NCBI GenBank assembly: GCA_964452145.1
Contig: CAYVLA010000014.1
Location: 206-45,025, forward strand
Length of the DNA stretch: 44,820 bases
Source of the DNA: Candidatus Hadarchaeota archaeon
GTDB lineage: Archaea; CAYQAE01; CAYVLA01
Direction of reading: 5' to 3'
Shown here piece after piece: positions 20,323 through 30,120 of the stretch. How positions within the stretch are numbered: position 1 is the first letter of the stretch; each line of letters starts with the position of its first letter. The position numbers and the translations under genes were made by a program. A model generated the notes under the pieces. It was given only the letters and a program-made list of their open reading frames with translations, was not told where the DNA came from and did not search any database.

Positions 20323-20451
20323 GAGACCCTCATCGGAGTGATCTATTCTCCTTCTCTCTTAAATGGGCGCAGATCGCAACAGACTGGGTTCTCCCAAAAA
20401 CCAGGGACGCTATGTGTGAAGAGACTTAAGAGGTTCCGCGCACAACCGCTC

Positions 20452-20655
20452 GTGGGAGGACCTGTCATAGCGCGAAGGATATGCCTTGTGTGCGGCGGTA
20501 AACTCGAGAAGATCGAGATGAAGGAGAGCAGGTGGAGCTACCTGGAAAAGAAGGTGTATCTCGCCTGCGAGAGCTGCGGCCGCAGGTGGCTCTACAGCGT
20601 TGATCTGACCTGCCCGGTTCTCCTCCAGAGAACAGTAGACCAGACGGCGGCCTAG
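20452..20655 (+). CDS. Small Zn-ribbon protein
   Basis: CLVCGG...CESCG; CTTAAG TATA-like box about 25 bp before GTG 20452 (start uncertain). Confidence 0.6.
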   Translation: MGGPVIARRICLVCGGKLEKIEMKESRWSYLEKKVYLACESCGRRWLYSVDLTCPVLLQRTVDQTAA

Positions 20656-21818
20656 CCTTTCCTGCCCCAGCTCACCGCGGAGACTGTGCTGAGGATCTTC
20701 TTCATGTCCGGCGTAACCGGAGAATTGGCCTCCGGGAGCACGTCTGACGCAGGCAGGAACTTATCGGAGAGTTTGAGGCCCGAGATGACTATTAGCACAC
20801 GGATCGTGTCCCTCATCTCTTCATCGATCTGGGCTCCCCAGATGATCTCGGCCTGGGGGTTGAGCTTCCCGCCCACCATCTTCACGATCCTCTCCACGTC
20901 AAGCAGCGTAACGTCCATGCTGGAGACGACGTTGACAATGGCCCCCTTGCCGTTGGAGATGTCGACATCCAGCAGCGGGCTGTTGAGGACGTCCATGGCG
21001 GCCCTGACAGCCTTATCCTTCCCGGTGGCCTCCCCGAGGCCGATGAGTGCAGCCCCGCTGGTCTTCAGAATCTTGCGCAGGTCGGCCAGATCTAGGTTGA
21101 CCAAGCCGGGTTTCACGATCAACTCGGACATTCCCACGATTATCTTTAGCAAAACCTCGTCCGATATCTTGAAGGCGGTGTTGATCGGAACACCCGGGGC
21201 CAGTTCCAGCAACTTATCGTTGGGCACGACTATGACGCTGTCACAGCACCCGAGCAACTTCGCCAAGGCGATCTTGGAGTTCTCCGATCTGACCCTGCCC
21301 TCCATCTTGAACGGGAAAGTGACAACCGCCACGGTAAGGGCCCCCGCCTCGTGAGCCTCCTTGGCGACGATCGGTATGGCACCTGTTCCGGTTCCTCCCC
21401 CCAGACCACAGGTAACGAAGACGAGGTCCTTGCCCTTCACCAGCTCCCTGATCGCCGGGACGGTCTCGATTGCAGACTGCTCGCCGACCTCAGGATTGTT
21501 GCCCGCCCCCATGCCCCCAGTGGTCTCCTTGCCCAGCAGCATCTTCCTTGCAGCATCAGCATAGAGCAGGGCCTGGGCATCGGTGTTCATCACCACCGAT
21601 TCGATGTCCTGGAGGCCGATGTCCATCAGCCTTGTCACAGTGTTGCCCCCAGCCCCTCCCACACCTATGACCAGGATCTCGGCTATGGTCTGCCTCAGAA
21701 CCTCCTCAAGCTCCTCATCTACGCCTTCGGATGGCCCAAGTCCCTCTGTTGTTTCCGGCTCGCGAGACTCACCTTCCCGCTTCAGCCTCTCAAGTATCTG
21801 CTCAATATCCTCACTCAT
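20652..21818 (-). CDS. ftsZ: Cell division GTPase FtsZ
   Basis: VIGVGGAGGN, NTDAQ, GMGAGNNPEVG, GLGGGTGTG, PFKMEG, T7 loop NLDLAD, IIWGA; acidic N-terminal extension; start ATG 21818. Confidence 0.96.
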   Translation of the reverse strand: MSEDIEQILERLKREGESREPETTEGLGPSEGVDEELEEVLRQTIAEILVIGVGGAGGNTVTRLMDIGLQDIESVVMNTDAQALLYADAARKMLLGKETTGGMGAGNNPEVGEQSAIETVPAIRELVKGKDLVFVTCGLGGGTGTGAIPIVAKEAHEAGALTVAVVTFPFKMEGRVRSENSKIALAKLLGCCDSVIVVPNDKLLELAPGVPINTAFKISDEVLLKIIVGMSELIVKPGLVNLDLADLRKILKTSGAALIGLGEATGKDKAVRAAMDVLNSPLLDVDISNGKGAIVNVVSSMDVTLLDVERIVKMVGGKLNPQAEIIWGAQIDEEMRDTIRVLIVISGLKLSDKFLPASDVLPEANSPVTPDMKKILSTVSAVSWGRKG

Positions 21819-21895
21819 GATATCCCTGCCCGGCGTTAACCGTGAGAGAATCCGCAGCCTGCTGGGTCGCGGTCGGTGCGATAGCGGACACCGCG

Positions 21896-21909
21896 GAGAT
21901 ATATATCTC
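21896..21909 (-). promoter_or_regulatory. Palindromic TATA element upstream of ftsZ
   Basis: Perfect 14-bp palindrome GAGATATATATCTC about 80 bp upstream of the ftsZ ATG. Confidence 0.55.
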
Positions 21910-22126
21910 TTACTGACCAGATGCACTCGGCAAGACGAAAACAACGAACGACCGGACAGTTCGCCAGGAAGCTGCACACCTATAGGATGGTGCCACCCGC
22001 ATCTGTCCCGTTCCTGACCAGCTAGGAGGACTCGCACACGTCGGGATCCTTCTGCGCCACGTAAGGCGCGCGCGCCGATACCAACCCTCCAAGCTCACGG
22101 CTGGGTTCGGTATTTGGCCCAGGACG

Positions 22127-22981
22127 CTAGCGAAGGGGATCGGGCTGCGATTCGCCCAGCACGGGGATCGACCCCGCCCCGACGATCAAAGGATCCTGAT
22201 GCTCCCTGAGCCTTGCTAGCGCTAGTTCCTTCCCAAGCCGCGTCAGCACGAGAACCGGAATGCGCAGTCCGAGCTGCATCAGGGCTCGCTTTGCCACGGT
22301 TTCCCTTACCCATCTCGATGCACATGAACTCACAATATCGCAGCTTTCAGCCACCAGATAAGCATTCTGACGGGACATGCCCGTGTTGTGAACGCTCGCT
22401 ATTGCGCAGACAAGTCCTCTGCACAAGTCCCTTATTCCCAGTGCTTGACTCGATTCCGGCCCTGCGAGCGTGACGCCAAGCTTGGAGTAACCCATCTCCA
22501 ACGCCCTCCTGACACCCGCCACCTGATCCATTCTCGCATCCTGCGGGGATAGGATCTCGACACCACTGTCTCTGAGCTTGTCGATGATGGCTGACTCCGG
22601 CGAAGTCGCAACCAAACCGGTCATGTGGGCTCCTATGCCTTGAACCACTTCAGGATCCGCCGAGATGACCGTCCCGGCTCCCTCGCACACGCACACCACG
22701 GCGTCAAGAATGCCTTGCCTCAGACCGGCAGACAGTATCTCGGATACGCCAAATCTCACCGGATTGACCGAGCTTCTAATGACACGGTTGGCAGTGAACA
22801 TGCCCCAATCCGTGATATAGGATTCAACGGTTTTTCGAACGGAGTCCTCGGTCTCCTCCTCTATGGAGTACAGCCTGGCTCGCAGGGGACAGGTTCTTGT
22901 CCTCGGAGGCGAAACGCTGATCACCCGGCCGTCCACGACGACGACATCCGATCCAGCCACTTGGAGGACATGCCTACCCAT
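22127..22981 (-). CDS. DUF2099 family (methanogenesis marker protein 8-like)
   Basis: H near the N-terminus, CPL, GMFT, FGVSE, DAVVCVCEGAGTVI, VQGIG..MTGLVATSP, DQVAGV, HNTG, CASR; AT-rich box at about 23009-23018. Confidence 0.85.
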   Translation of the reverse strand: MGRHVLQVAGSDVVVVDGRVISVSPPRTRTCPLRARLYSIEEETEDSVRKTVESYITDWGMFTANRVIRSSVNPVRFGVSEILSAGLRQGILDAVVCVCEGAGTVISADPEVVQGIGAHMTGLVATSPESAIIDKLRDSGVEILSPQDARMDQVAGVRRALEMGYSKLGVTLAGPESSQALGIRDLCRGLVCAIASVHNTGMSRQNAYLVAESCDIVSSCASRWVRETVAKRALMQLGLRIPVLVLTRLGKELALARLREHQDPLIVGAGSIPVLGESQPDPLR

Positions 22982-23060
22982 CGAGCGCAGGGCGTAAAGA
23001 GCAGGGTGAAATATATTACCGATGGTCGAGCAAGCCTCTGGATGATAAGGAGGACCAAGG

Positions 23061-24356
23061 TTGTATTGGGAGAAGACCGGACTTGTCCAGAGGGGTAACA
23101 AGCTGCTGGTCGGGAAGATACCGTGCGAATCCCTTGCGAAGCAGTATGGTACCCCGCTCTACGTCGCAAGCGAAGCCCGCATTCGCGAGAATATCTCCCG
23201 CCTCCGAGGCGAGTTCTCAAAGCACTACGACAGGATCCGCATTCACTACGCCTGCAAGGCCAACTCAAGCCTAGCTATCATGTCGATCGCACGACAGGAG
23301 GGATGCTGGATCGATGCCGTTTCCCCGGGTGAGATCTATCTGGCGCTGAAAGCCAACTTCAAGCCCGAGGAGATACTCTTCACAGGCAACAACGTCAAGA
23401 ACGAAGAGCTGTCCTTCGCCCTTCGCACACGGGTTCGCATAACCATTGACTCGATCTCCCAGATCAAACGACTGTCCACTCTGACCAAGGGTCGCACGGC
23501 GGAGGTAGCCATCAGAATCAACCCGGAGATCGGGGCCGGCCACCATGACCACTGCATAACGGGGGGACGGGACGCCAAGTTCGGAATATGGGAAGATGAG
23601 GCTCAGGACGCTGCCGTTCTGGCCAGGGAAGCCGGCCTGAAGGTGGTGGGCGTTCAGATGCACATAGGTTCGGGGATCCTCAATGTCGACCCTTATCTAC
23701 CTGCTGTACGCAGGCTCATGGAGATCGCTGGTGCTGTCCAAGGCGAGGCCGGAAGCCAGCTTGAATTCGTAGACATGGGCGGAGGTCTGGGCGTGCCCTA
23801 TCGGCCTGAGGAGAAGGAGCTTGACCTCGGGGACTTCGCCTCCCGCGTGGTGAGGACTTTCCTAGAGAGGAAGGAAGCCTGTGGGATAGATGGGAATCCC
23901 TACCTAGCATTGGAGCCAGGAAGGTACATCGTGGCCGATGCTGTCCTGCTGCTGGCCGAGGTCAACACAGTGAAGAAGACGCCATTCAGGACTTTCCTCG
24001 GGGTCGACGCCGGGTTCAACGACCTAGTACGACCAGCCATGTACGGCTCCTACCATATGATCCTCAACGCCAGCAACATGACGGGTCCCTTAGAGAAGGT
24101 GGATATCGTCGGGCCCCTATGCGAGTCAGGAGACATCTTCGCTCGAGACAGGGAGCTTCCTAGGACCAAGGAAGGGGATGTGCTTGCCATCCTGAATGCC
24201 GGAGCTTACGGATACTCGATGTCTTCGCAGTATAATTCCAGACCCAGGGCGGCGGAGGTCCTTGTGATGAACGGTGAGACCGCGCTGGTGAGGAAGAGAG
24301 AAACGTTCCACAGCCTAGTGGCGGGCCAAAGCGTGCCCGACAGGCTTCTGTCCTAG
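23061..24356 (+). CDS. lysA: Diaminopimelate decarboxylase
   Basis: YGTPLYV, YACKAN (PLP Lys), KFGI, HIGSG, GGGLG, EPGRY, RPAMYG, GPLCESGD, GAYGYSMSSQYNSRPR. Confidence 0.95.
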   Translation: MYWEKTGLVQRGNKLLVGKIPCESLAKQYGTPLYVASEARIRENISRLRGEFSKHYDRIRIHYACKANSSLAIMSIARQEGCWIDAVSPGEIYLALKANFKPEEILFTGNNVKNEELSFALRTRVRITIDSISQIKRLSTLTKGRTAEVAIRINPEIGAGHHDHCITGGRDAKFGIWEDEAQDAAVLAREAGLKVVGVQMHIGSGILNVDPYLPAVRRLMEIAGAVQGEAGSQLEFVDMGGGLGVPYRPEEKELDLGDFASRVVRTFLERKEACGIDGNPYLALEPGRYIVADAVLLLAEVNTVKKTPFRTFLGVDAGFNDLVRPAMYGSYHMILNASNMTGPLEKVDIVGPLCESGDIFARDRELPRTKEGDVLAILNAGAYGYSMSSQYNSRPRAAEVLVMNGETALVRKRETFHSLVAGQSVPDRLLS

Positions 24357-25342
24357 GCGAACTGGTCAAGAAACGCCCTGGTGCAACGGCCAATCAAGGG
24401 AATGAAGTACCCTCCCTCTTGAACCACGATCTTGGGGCAATCCGTGTCGGATATCAGCCGGCCGGCCTTCTGATAGTCTCGGATATGGAGCCTGAATGGA
24501 CCGTTCCGGTCTTCCTTCAGGCCATCAACCCCAAGTGACACAACGATGTAGGCGGGGTCAAACTCTCGAATGCGGCGCAACAGCGTGCTCACGGAACGAG
24601 TCCACATCCCCCCGGTCGTGGAACTTGAAAGGGGGACGTTAAGGTTGAAACCCTTGCCCCTGCCAGTGCCTTCCTCGTCAGCGAAGCCCCATGCATATGG
24701 GTATCCGGTCTTGGGATCGCCATGGACGGAACAAAACAGGACCCTGTCATCAGCGTAGAAGATCTCTTGCGTACCATTTCCATGGTGGGCATCAATATCC
24801 AGGACGGCGACCTTGTCGGGCAAGAGACTGGCTGCCGCCACCGCAGCGTTGTTGAGGTAGCAATACCCTCCCATAAGTCTCCCGGTTGCATGGTGGCCCG
24901 GGGGTCGGCACAGGCAGTAGGCATTCCTGCCCTTTCGACGTGCCTGTTTCGCGCCCTGGAAGGAACAAGACGCAGCGGCCAAACAAGCCGAGTAGGTGCC
25001 GCGACCCAGGGGCGTAAAGGTGTCGAAGGCGAAGAGACCTCTTTGAGCCAGTCTACTCGGCGGGATCCTGTCTGTCCGAGGAAATAGAAAGGGAAAGACC
25101 TCCCGTTCCTCCGGGAGTTTCCGGCAGGCATTCTTCAGATAAGTGAGATAGGCTTCGGAGTGGACGGTTCGAAGGGCCTCCGGGACCATCCGGGGAGGCT
25201 CCGCCACATCGTAGGAATCCTCCAGATGCGCGAGTATCTCGTCAGCCCTAGCGGGGATCTCGGGATGGGCCCTTGACCGGTTTCCCCATAGCTCCTTTTT
25301 CGGTGCATGCAGATGATGGGCGGGGGAGTAGAGAACCAGCAA
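24353..25342 (-). CDS. Histone deacetylase family / acetylpolyamine amidohydrolase-like
   Basis: HPEIPARA, RPPGHHA, GGYCYLNN, LDIDAHHGNGTQ, SLGVD, QEGGY; start estimated at TTG 25342. Confidence 0.9.
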   Translation of the reverse strand: MLVLYSPAHHLHAPKKELWGNRSRAHPEIPARADEILAHLEDSYDVAEPPRMVPEALRTVHSEAYLTYLKNACRKLPEEREVFPFLFPRTDRIPPSRLAQRGLFAFDTFTPLGRGTYSACLAAASCSFQGAKQARRKGRNAYCLCRPPGHHATGRLMGGYCYLNNAAVAAASLLPDKVAVLDIDAHHGNGTQEIFYADDRVLFCSVHGDPKTGYPYAWGFADEEGTGRGKGFNLNVPLSSSTTGGMWTRSVSTLLRRIREFDPAYIVVSLGVDGLKEDRNGPFRLHIRDYQKAGRLISDTDCPKIVVQEGGYFIPLIGRCTRAFLDQFA

Positions 25343-25379
25343 AGGGTGTGGCCAGAGGGGCGAAAGCCGTTGAGGCAAT

Positions 25380-25387
25380 ATTTAAAT
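25380..25387. promoter_or_regulatory. Shared palindromic TATA box (ATTTAAAT) between divergent HDAC-family and MTAP genes
   Basis: Centred in the short divergent gap, about 40 bp from each start. Confidence 0.6.
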
Positions 25388-25425
25388 CAATCGTGGACCC
25401 GAACGCCGTCTTAGAGGACACGACG

Positions 25426-26199
25426 ATGTCCAAGATCGCCGTCATAGCGGGCACCGGGGCCGAACGGATCTTCCTGGACATCGTCAGCAAGGAAACGGTC
25501 CACACCCCCTACGGGGATATCTCCCTCTTCCTCTCCGATGAACTCGATCCCGATGTAGCGATAGTCCTTCGCCACGGCACAGGCGGTTCCGTGCCACCGC
25601 ACCTGGTCAACTACCGGGCCAACATCGACGGTCTCGCGCGGACCGGGGTGGAGAGGATCATCGCCCTTGGCGCCGTAGGGAGCATGAGGTCCTCCTTGCG
25701 TCCAGGCGATATCGTGCTCCCGGATCAGTTCATCGACTTCACGAAGTTGCGCCAGTCCACCTTTGTGGATCGGATCTCAGGGAGCGCAACCCATGCCGAC
25801 TTGACGAACCCGTTCTGCGACGACCTTCGAAGGATCGGGATATCCGCGGCCAACGATCTCGCGATACCGGTCCACCCGCGAGCTGTTTACGTATGCACCG
25901 AAGGTCCCCGGTATGAGACAGCGGCCGAGATCAGAATGTTCAAGATGCTGGGAGGCGATCTGGTTGGGATGACATGCGTCCCCGAATGCATCCTGGCGCG
26001 GGAAAGAGGGATCTGCTATCTCCATCTCTGCGTGGTGACGAACATGGCTGCGGGCATACAGACCGAATCCATAACCCATGCCAAGATCGAACGCGTCATC
26101 GCGAACAAGGCAATATCGCTAAGAAGTCTGATGAAGCGGGTGGTGGAGAACGAAAGGGTCTCGGGAACCAGGTGCCGCTGCTCAGAAGGCAAGACTTGA
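25426..26199 (+). CDS. mtnP: 5'-methylthioadenosine/methylthioinosine phosphorylase
   Basis: IAVIAGTG, TPYG, RHG..PPHLVNYRANI, AVGS, PDQFIDFT, EGPRYETAAE, VGMT, VTNMAAG. Confidence 0.9.
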   Translation: MSKIAVIAGTGAERIFLDIVSKETVHTPYGDISLFLSDELDPDVAIVLRHGTGGSVPPHLVNYRANIDGLARTGVERIIALGAVGSMRSSLRPGDIVLPDQFIDFTKLRQSTFVDRISGSATHADLTNPFCDDLRRIGISAANDLAIPVHPRAVYVCTEGPRYETAAEIRMFKMLGGDLVGMTCVPECILARERGICYLHLCVVTNMAAGIQTESITHAKIERVIANKAISLRSLMKRVVENERVSGTRCRCSEGKT

Positions 26200-26245
26200 T
26201 GGGCAGGGCCTCTCTGCATACCGCATTCCGGACGATCAGACCGTC

Positions 26246-26593
26246 TTGGAGGCCATCATCCGGATTCTCGTGGCGGGGAGGGTTTCCTCGCAAGCTCGGC
26301 TCGCGGACATGGTCATCCGCCTTATCAGGGAAGAGTCGCCGGGCTATGCCTTGAGCCCGCAGAGAGCCCGTCGAATAGCATCCGGATCAGGAAGGATCAG
26401 GATAAGGATTGCCACCCGCAAGTCGAGGCACCGGATGGCGAAATGCCCCTTCTGCGGGTCCGAGCTTGAACGGGAGGAGGTGCGCGATCTCTTCGGACAG
26501 CCAACCAGGGGATCCGGATTATGCACCGCCTGCCGGTTTCGTATCGATCCGGGAAAGATCGGGCCGGCCAGATACATCTTCGAGTTGCGTTGA
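26246..26593 (+). CDS. Archaeal protein with helical N-domain and C-terminal Zn-ribbon
   Basis: CPFCGS...CTAC...PARYIF; the frame stays open upstream (AYRIPDDQTV), so the true start is uncertain. Confidence 0.65.
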   Translation: MEAIIRILVAGRVSSQARLADMVIRLIREESPGYALSPQRARRIASGSGRIRIRIATRKSRHRMAKCPFCGSELEREEVRDLFGQPTRGSGLCTACRFRIDPGKIGPARYIFELR

Positions 26594-26595
26594 CC

Positions 26596-27477
26596 TCATC
26601 GATTGGCACTCATGACCATGGCTATCCCGCCCAGGTCAAGGATGGCACCAGTGATTATGTAGGGCGTGAGCGCTTCTTTCAGGAACATATGAGCAAGGAT
26701 GACCGAGGTCACCGGCATGAACGTCGTGAGAACGCCCGCCGTTGACGCCGGAATGCCCTTCATACCTTGAGCCAGCAGGATGTATCCCAGGCCTGTGCAG
26801 ATCAATCCCAGATAGAGAAGGGAGAGCTGGTTGACCCATCCAATGCTGACGATGGTTCCCAACGATCCCATGGCGAAGGGCAGCAGGATGGCGCTTGACA
26901 GAAGAAAGACCGGCAACAGGACCACCAAGACGTCCTCATCCCGCGTGAGCATCTTCTGGGAGAATGCGTAGAATGACCAGCAGAGACCCCCGCATGCCAC
27001 GATGACGTTGCCTAGCAGATAGCGGGAGGCCAGAAGATCGCCCAAATCCTCGCCATTCCAAGAGATGATGACCACGCCAAGTATCGCTATCACGGTTCCC
27101 GTCATCTTCCTGGGCCCGAAGGATTCCCCGAGAAGCAAAACGGACAAGAGGACGAGAAAGATCACCTCCGTCTGAACGACCATGGCACCCGCCGAGGCAA
27201 GGGTATGGCGAAGTCCGATGGTGAACAGAAGGTAGTTGAGCGAGATCCCAAAGGCCCCGACAAGTACCAACTTCCATCCGCTCTTGGGCATCCTGAACCC
27301 ATGTTTGGCCATCGAGAGAGCGCCTATGCAGAGGCCGCCCAGAAGGATGCGGGTGAAGGCGATCAGGGACGCATCAACGGTCTCCACCAATGCCTTGACC
27401 ATGACCGCTACGGTTCCCCATAGAAAGGCGGCAGCAATCACCAACAATGCCGATGTTAACCCCGGTCGGCCTATCAT
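26596..27477 (-). CDS. DMT/EamA family transporter
   Basis: About 10 hydrophobic segments in two repeats; FLWG, TR, LLGE, FLKE motifs. Confidence 0.9.
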   Translation of the reverse strand: MIGRPGLTSALLVIAAAFLWGTVAVMVKALVETVDASLIAFTRILLGGLCIGALSMAKHGFRMPKSGWKLVLVGAFGISLNYLLFTIGLRHTLASAGAMVVQTEVIFLVLLSVLLLGESFGPRKMTGTVIAILGVVIISWNGEDLGDLLASRYLLGNVIVACGGLCWSFYAFSQKMLTRDEDVLVVLLPVFLLSSAILLPFAMGSLGTIVSIGWVNQLSLLYLGLICTGLGYILLAQGMKGIPASTAGVLTTFMPVTSVILAHMFLKEALTPYIITGAILDLGGIAMVMSANR

Positions 27478-27726
27478 CGTCGCGATTCAGCCAATGGCTC
27501 TCTTAAATGAGTCCAGCCCCGACCCGGTCGAACCAGACCGGTCAGGATAGCCCAGATTCGGTGGAAGTGTGCAAGTCTTGCCTCTGCGAGAGATAGGATG
27601 ACGGACTAGTGCTGCGTAAGAAATGAGTGTGCTCAACGTTACGGGTTCAGCTCTCGGGTTGTTTTGTCTGGTCGTGTGAGACATATTTAACGTCGCTTCG
27701 GAGGTAAGATCGGAGCCCTGGGGAGT

Positions 27727-28896
27727 TTGGATCCGGACCTCAGCACCGACTATGCAGGGATTGAGCTCGCTAATCCGCTCATCCTCTCGCCGGCCGGCGT
27801 CTCAGAAACCGTCAAGAGGATGAAGAAAGCGGAGGAAGCCGGATGCGGGGCAGTGGTGGTCAAGACCCTTTTCGAAGATAGGGTGACCAGAAGATCGCCG
27901 ACCCCCAGGTTCAGGTTGATTCGCGGGAGGCCAGACTGCCCCAAGTCCTTCGTGCTCTACTCCTATGAGCAGGCCAGCGCCTTCGGTCCTCAACGCTACT
28001 CCCAAGAGATTGCACGTGCAAAGAGGGTGCTATCGATCCCCGTGATCGCAAGCGTTGGCTGCACCACGAACGATGCTTGGCTTGGCTACTGCCGAATGGT
28101 TCAAGAGGCCGGTGCCGACGGCATCGAGTTGAATCTCTCCTGCCCGCACTCCCGGGAAACCCTGTCGGAGGCCGACCTGACACGGCCCATGTGCGAAGTG
28201 ACACGACTTGTCAAGTCGGCGGTGTCGATCCCCGTGATTCCGAAGATGACGCCCCAGACAGCCAGCCCTACTCGGCTTGCAACAAGACTCCAGAGATCGG
28301 GAGCCGACGCGATCGTCATGTTCAACAGATTCACCGGTTTGGACATCGATCCGGGCACCGAGGCCCCGATAATGCACGGAGGCTTCGCCGGACACGGAGG
28401 CCCATGGTCCATCCACTACGTGCTCAGGTGGTTGGTCGCTGCGAGTCCAAGACTCCGCATACCGATAAGTGCAAGCGGAGGCATCTGGACCGGAACGGAC
28501 ATGTTCAAGGCGATACTCGCGGGCGCAACAACCACTCAGATGTGTACAGCTGTCGTTGTCAGAGGATACTCCGCCTTGACCGAGACCCTGCGGGAAATCA
28601 AGGCCCTGATGACGGAGAAGAGCTACTCGAGCGTTTCGGACTTCCGCGGAAAGGCATGCCTGAGAGTGCTTTCCACTGATCAGATCGATAGGAGGAGGAA
28701 GGTGCTTGCCAAGATCAACCGGGACCTCTGCACCGCATGTGCACTATGTGAGCGTGTGTGTGTTTACGATGCTGTCCGCAAGGATGGAGATGTCTTCGCG
28801 GTGGCGGGATCCTGTGTTGGATGCGGGCTCTGCTCGCAGATCTGCCCGGAACGCGCGATCTCTTTGGTCCCGACCCGGAGGGGATCGATTGCCTGA
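27727..28896 (+). CDS. Dihydroorotate/dihydropyrimidine dehydrogenase-like FMN protein with C-terminal 2x[4Fe-4S]
   Basis: LANPLI, GAVVVKTLFE, IPVIAS, ELNLSCPH, PKMTP, FNRF, SASGG, CTACALCERVC, CVGCGLCSQICP. Confidence 0.85.
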   Translation: MDPDLSTDYAGIELANPLILSPAGVSETVKRMKKAEEAGCGAVVVKTLFEDRVTRRSPTPRFRLIRGRPDCPKSFVLYSYEQASAFGPQRYSQEIARAKRVLSIPVIASVGCTTNDAWLGYCRMVQEAGADGIELNLSCPHSRETLSEADLTRPMCEVTRLVKSAVSIPVIPKMTPQTASPTRLATRLQRSGADAIVMFNRFTGLDIDPGTEAPIMHGGFAGHGGPWSIHYVLRWLVAASPRLRIPISASGGIWTGTDMFKAILAGATTTQMCTAVVVRGYSALTETLREIKALMTEKSYSSVSDFRGKACLRVLSTDQIDRRRKVLAKINRDLCTACALCERVCVYDAVRKDGDVFAVAGSCVGCGLCSQICPERAISLVPTRRGSIA

Positions 28897-29201
28897 CAGA
28901 TCCCGAGGGGAGGACGTCCTAGTTCATGGCGGGGCAGCTGCTGGGCGGGCCGGCCGACTGGCATTAGATAGGTTCCACCATCGAGGCCCCTTGGGAGAAC
29001 CGAGCCCGACATTCTCCGCATCAGAGCTACCTGTATCGTGAGTCCTACTGTGCTGGGACGTTGGCCCCTTCTGCCGATGAAGAATGACCCGCATCCTCTG
29101 CACACCGATCCCGGCTTGGGAGACTTGCCTGGCGACGCCTCAGATAAAGAAACACTTAAGTCCTGTTCCGCCACGGGTACGCGATCCCTCGGAGGGGTCG
29201 A

Positions 29202-30029
29202 ATGTTCGTTGGCATGTTGACAGCACCGTTCAGGGATGAGAGCCTTTCGGATATCGTGAGCTTCGCAGCCGGCAGCGGCATAAAGGGCCTCGAGGTCGCG
29301 GTTGCCCCCGGCAGGAAGCACGTGGATGTGGAGAGGGTCCTAAGCTCGGGTCGCGGGGATGTGAGCAAGATCCTTGAGGGCTCAGGGGTAGTCATATCGA
29401 GCTTGGCCCACTACGCAGGCGATATACTGACGAATAGGGCTTCCCAGGACTACTTCAAGAAGGCCGTGGAGGCGTGCACCGTTCTGGACGTCGGCGTGCT
29501 ATGCTGCCTCGCCGGAATGCCCTCCCCCGGCAAGAACAAGAAGGAAACCCTGAGAACCGACTTCAAGGAGACCTACGCTGTTCTGGCAGACTTCGCCAAG
29601 GATCACGACATCAAGCTGGCCATGGAGAACTGGTACGCCACGCTGCTACAGGGGCTGGACAACTTCGATCTGGCCTTTGAGATGGTCCCCAACGAATTCC
29701 TCGGGCTGAACTTCGACCCAAGCCATCTGGTGCACCAGCAGATCGACTATGTGGAAGCGGTTCATCACCTAGGGAAGAGGATATATCACACCCACGCCAA
29801 GGATACCGAGATAATCCGACGCAGGATGCATTACCGCGGCATATACGAAGGTGGCTGGTGGAGATACAGGATACCGGGAAGGGGGGAGATCAACTGGAAC
29901 GCATACGTAACGGCCCTGAAGGAGAACGGGTACGACTACGTTCTGAGCATAGAGCATGAAGACGGTTTCTTCGGCAGAGAGGCCGGCTTCAGAGACGGGG
30001 CGAAATACCTGAACTCGGTCATCTGGTAG
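29202..30029 (+). CDS. Sugar phosphate isomerase/epimerase (xylose isomerase-like TIM barrel)
   Basis: AMEN, GLNFDPSH, HAKD, WRYRIPGRGEINW, SIEHED. Confidence 0.88.
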   Translation: MFVGMLTAPFRDESLSDIVSFAAGSGIKGLEVAVAPGRKHVDVERVLSSGRGDVSKILEGSGVVISSLAHYAGDILTNRASQDYFKKAVEACTVLDVGVLCCLAGMPSPGKNKKETLRTDFKETYAVLADFAKDHDIKLAMENWYATLLQGLDNFDLAFEMVPNEFLGLNFDPSHLVHQQIDYVEAVHHLGKRIYHTHAKDTEIIRRRMHYRGIYEGGWWRYRIPGRGEINWNAYVTALKENGYDYVLSIEHEDGFFGREAGFRDGAKYLNSVIW

Positions 30030-30120
30030 AGTGCGAGGTCTAGAAGACCGGATCGTTCATCTCCATGCTGTACCGACTATTTGCTGTGCCGATTATTCAG
30101 GCCCCGGTTGGCACCGAATC

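Noticed and set aside
25905..25920. Isolated GGTATGA/TCATACC heptamers inside genes (also near 15899 and 41173)
   Set aside because: Single half-sites at roughly chance frequency, with no partner at N5 spacing
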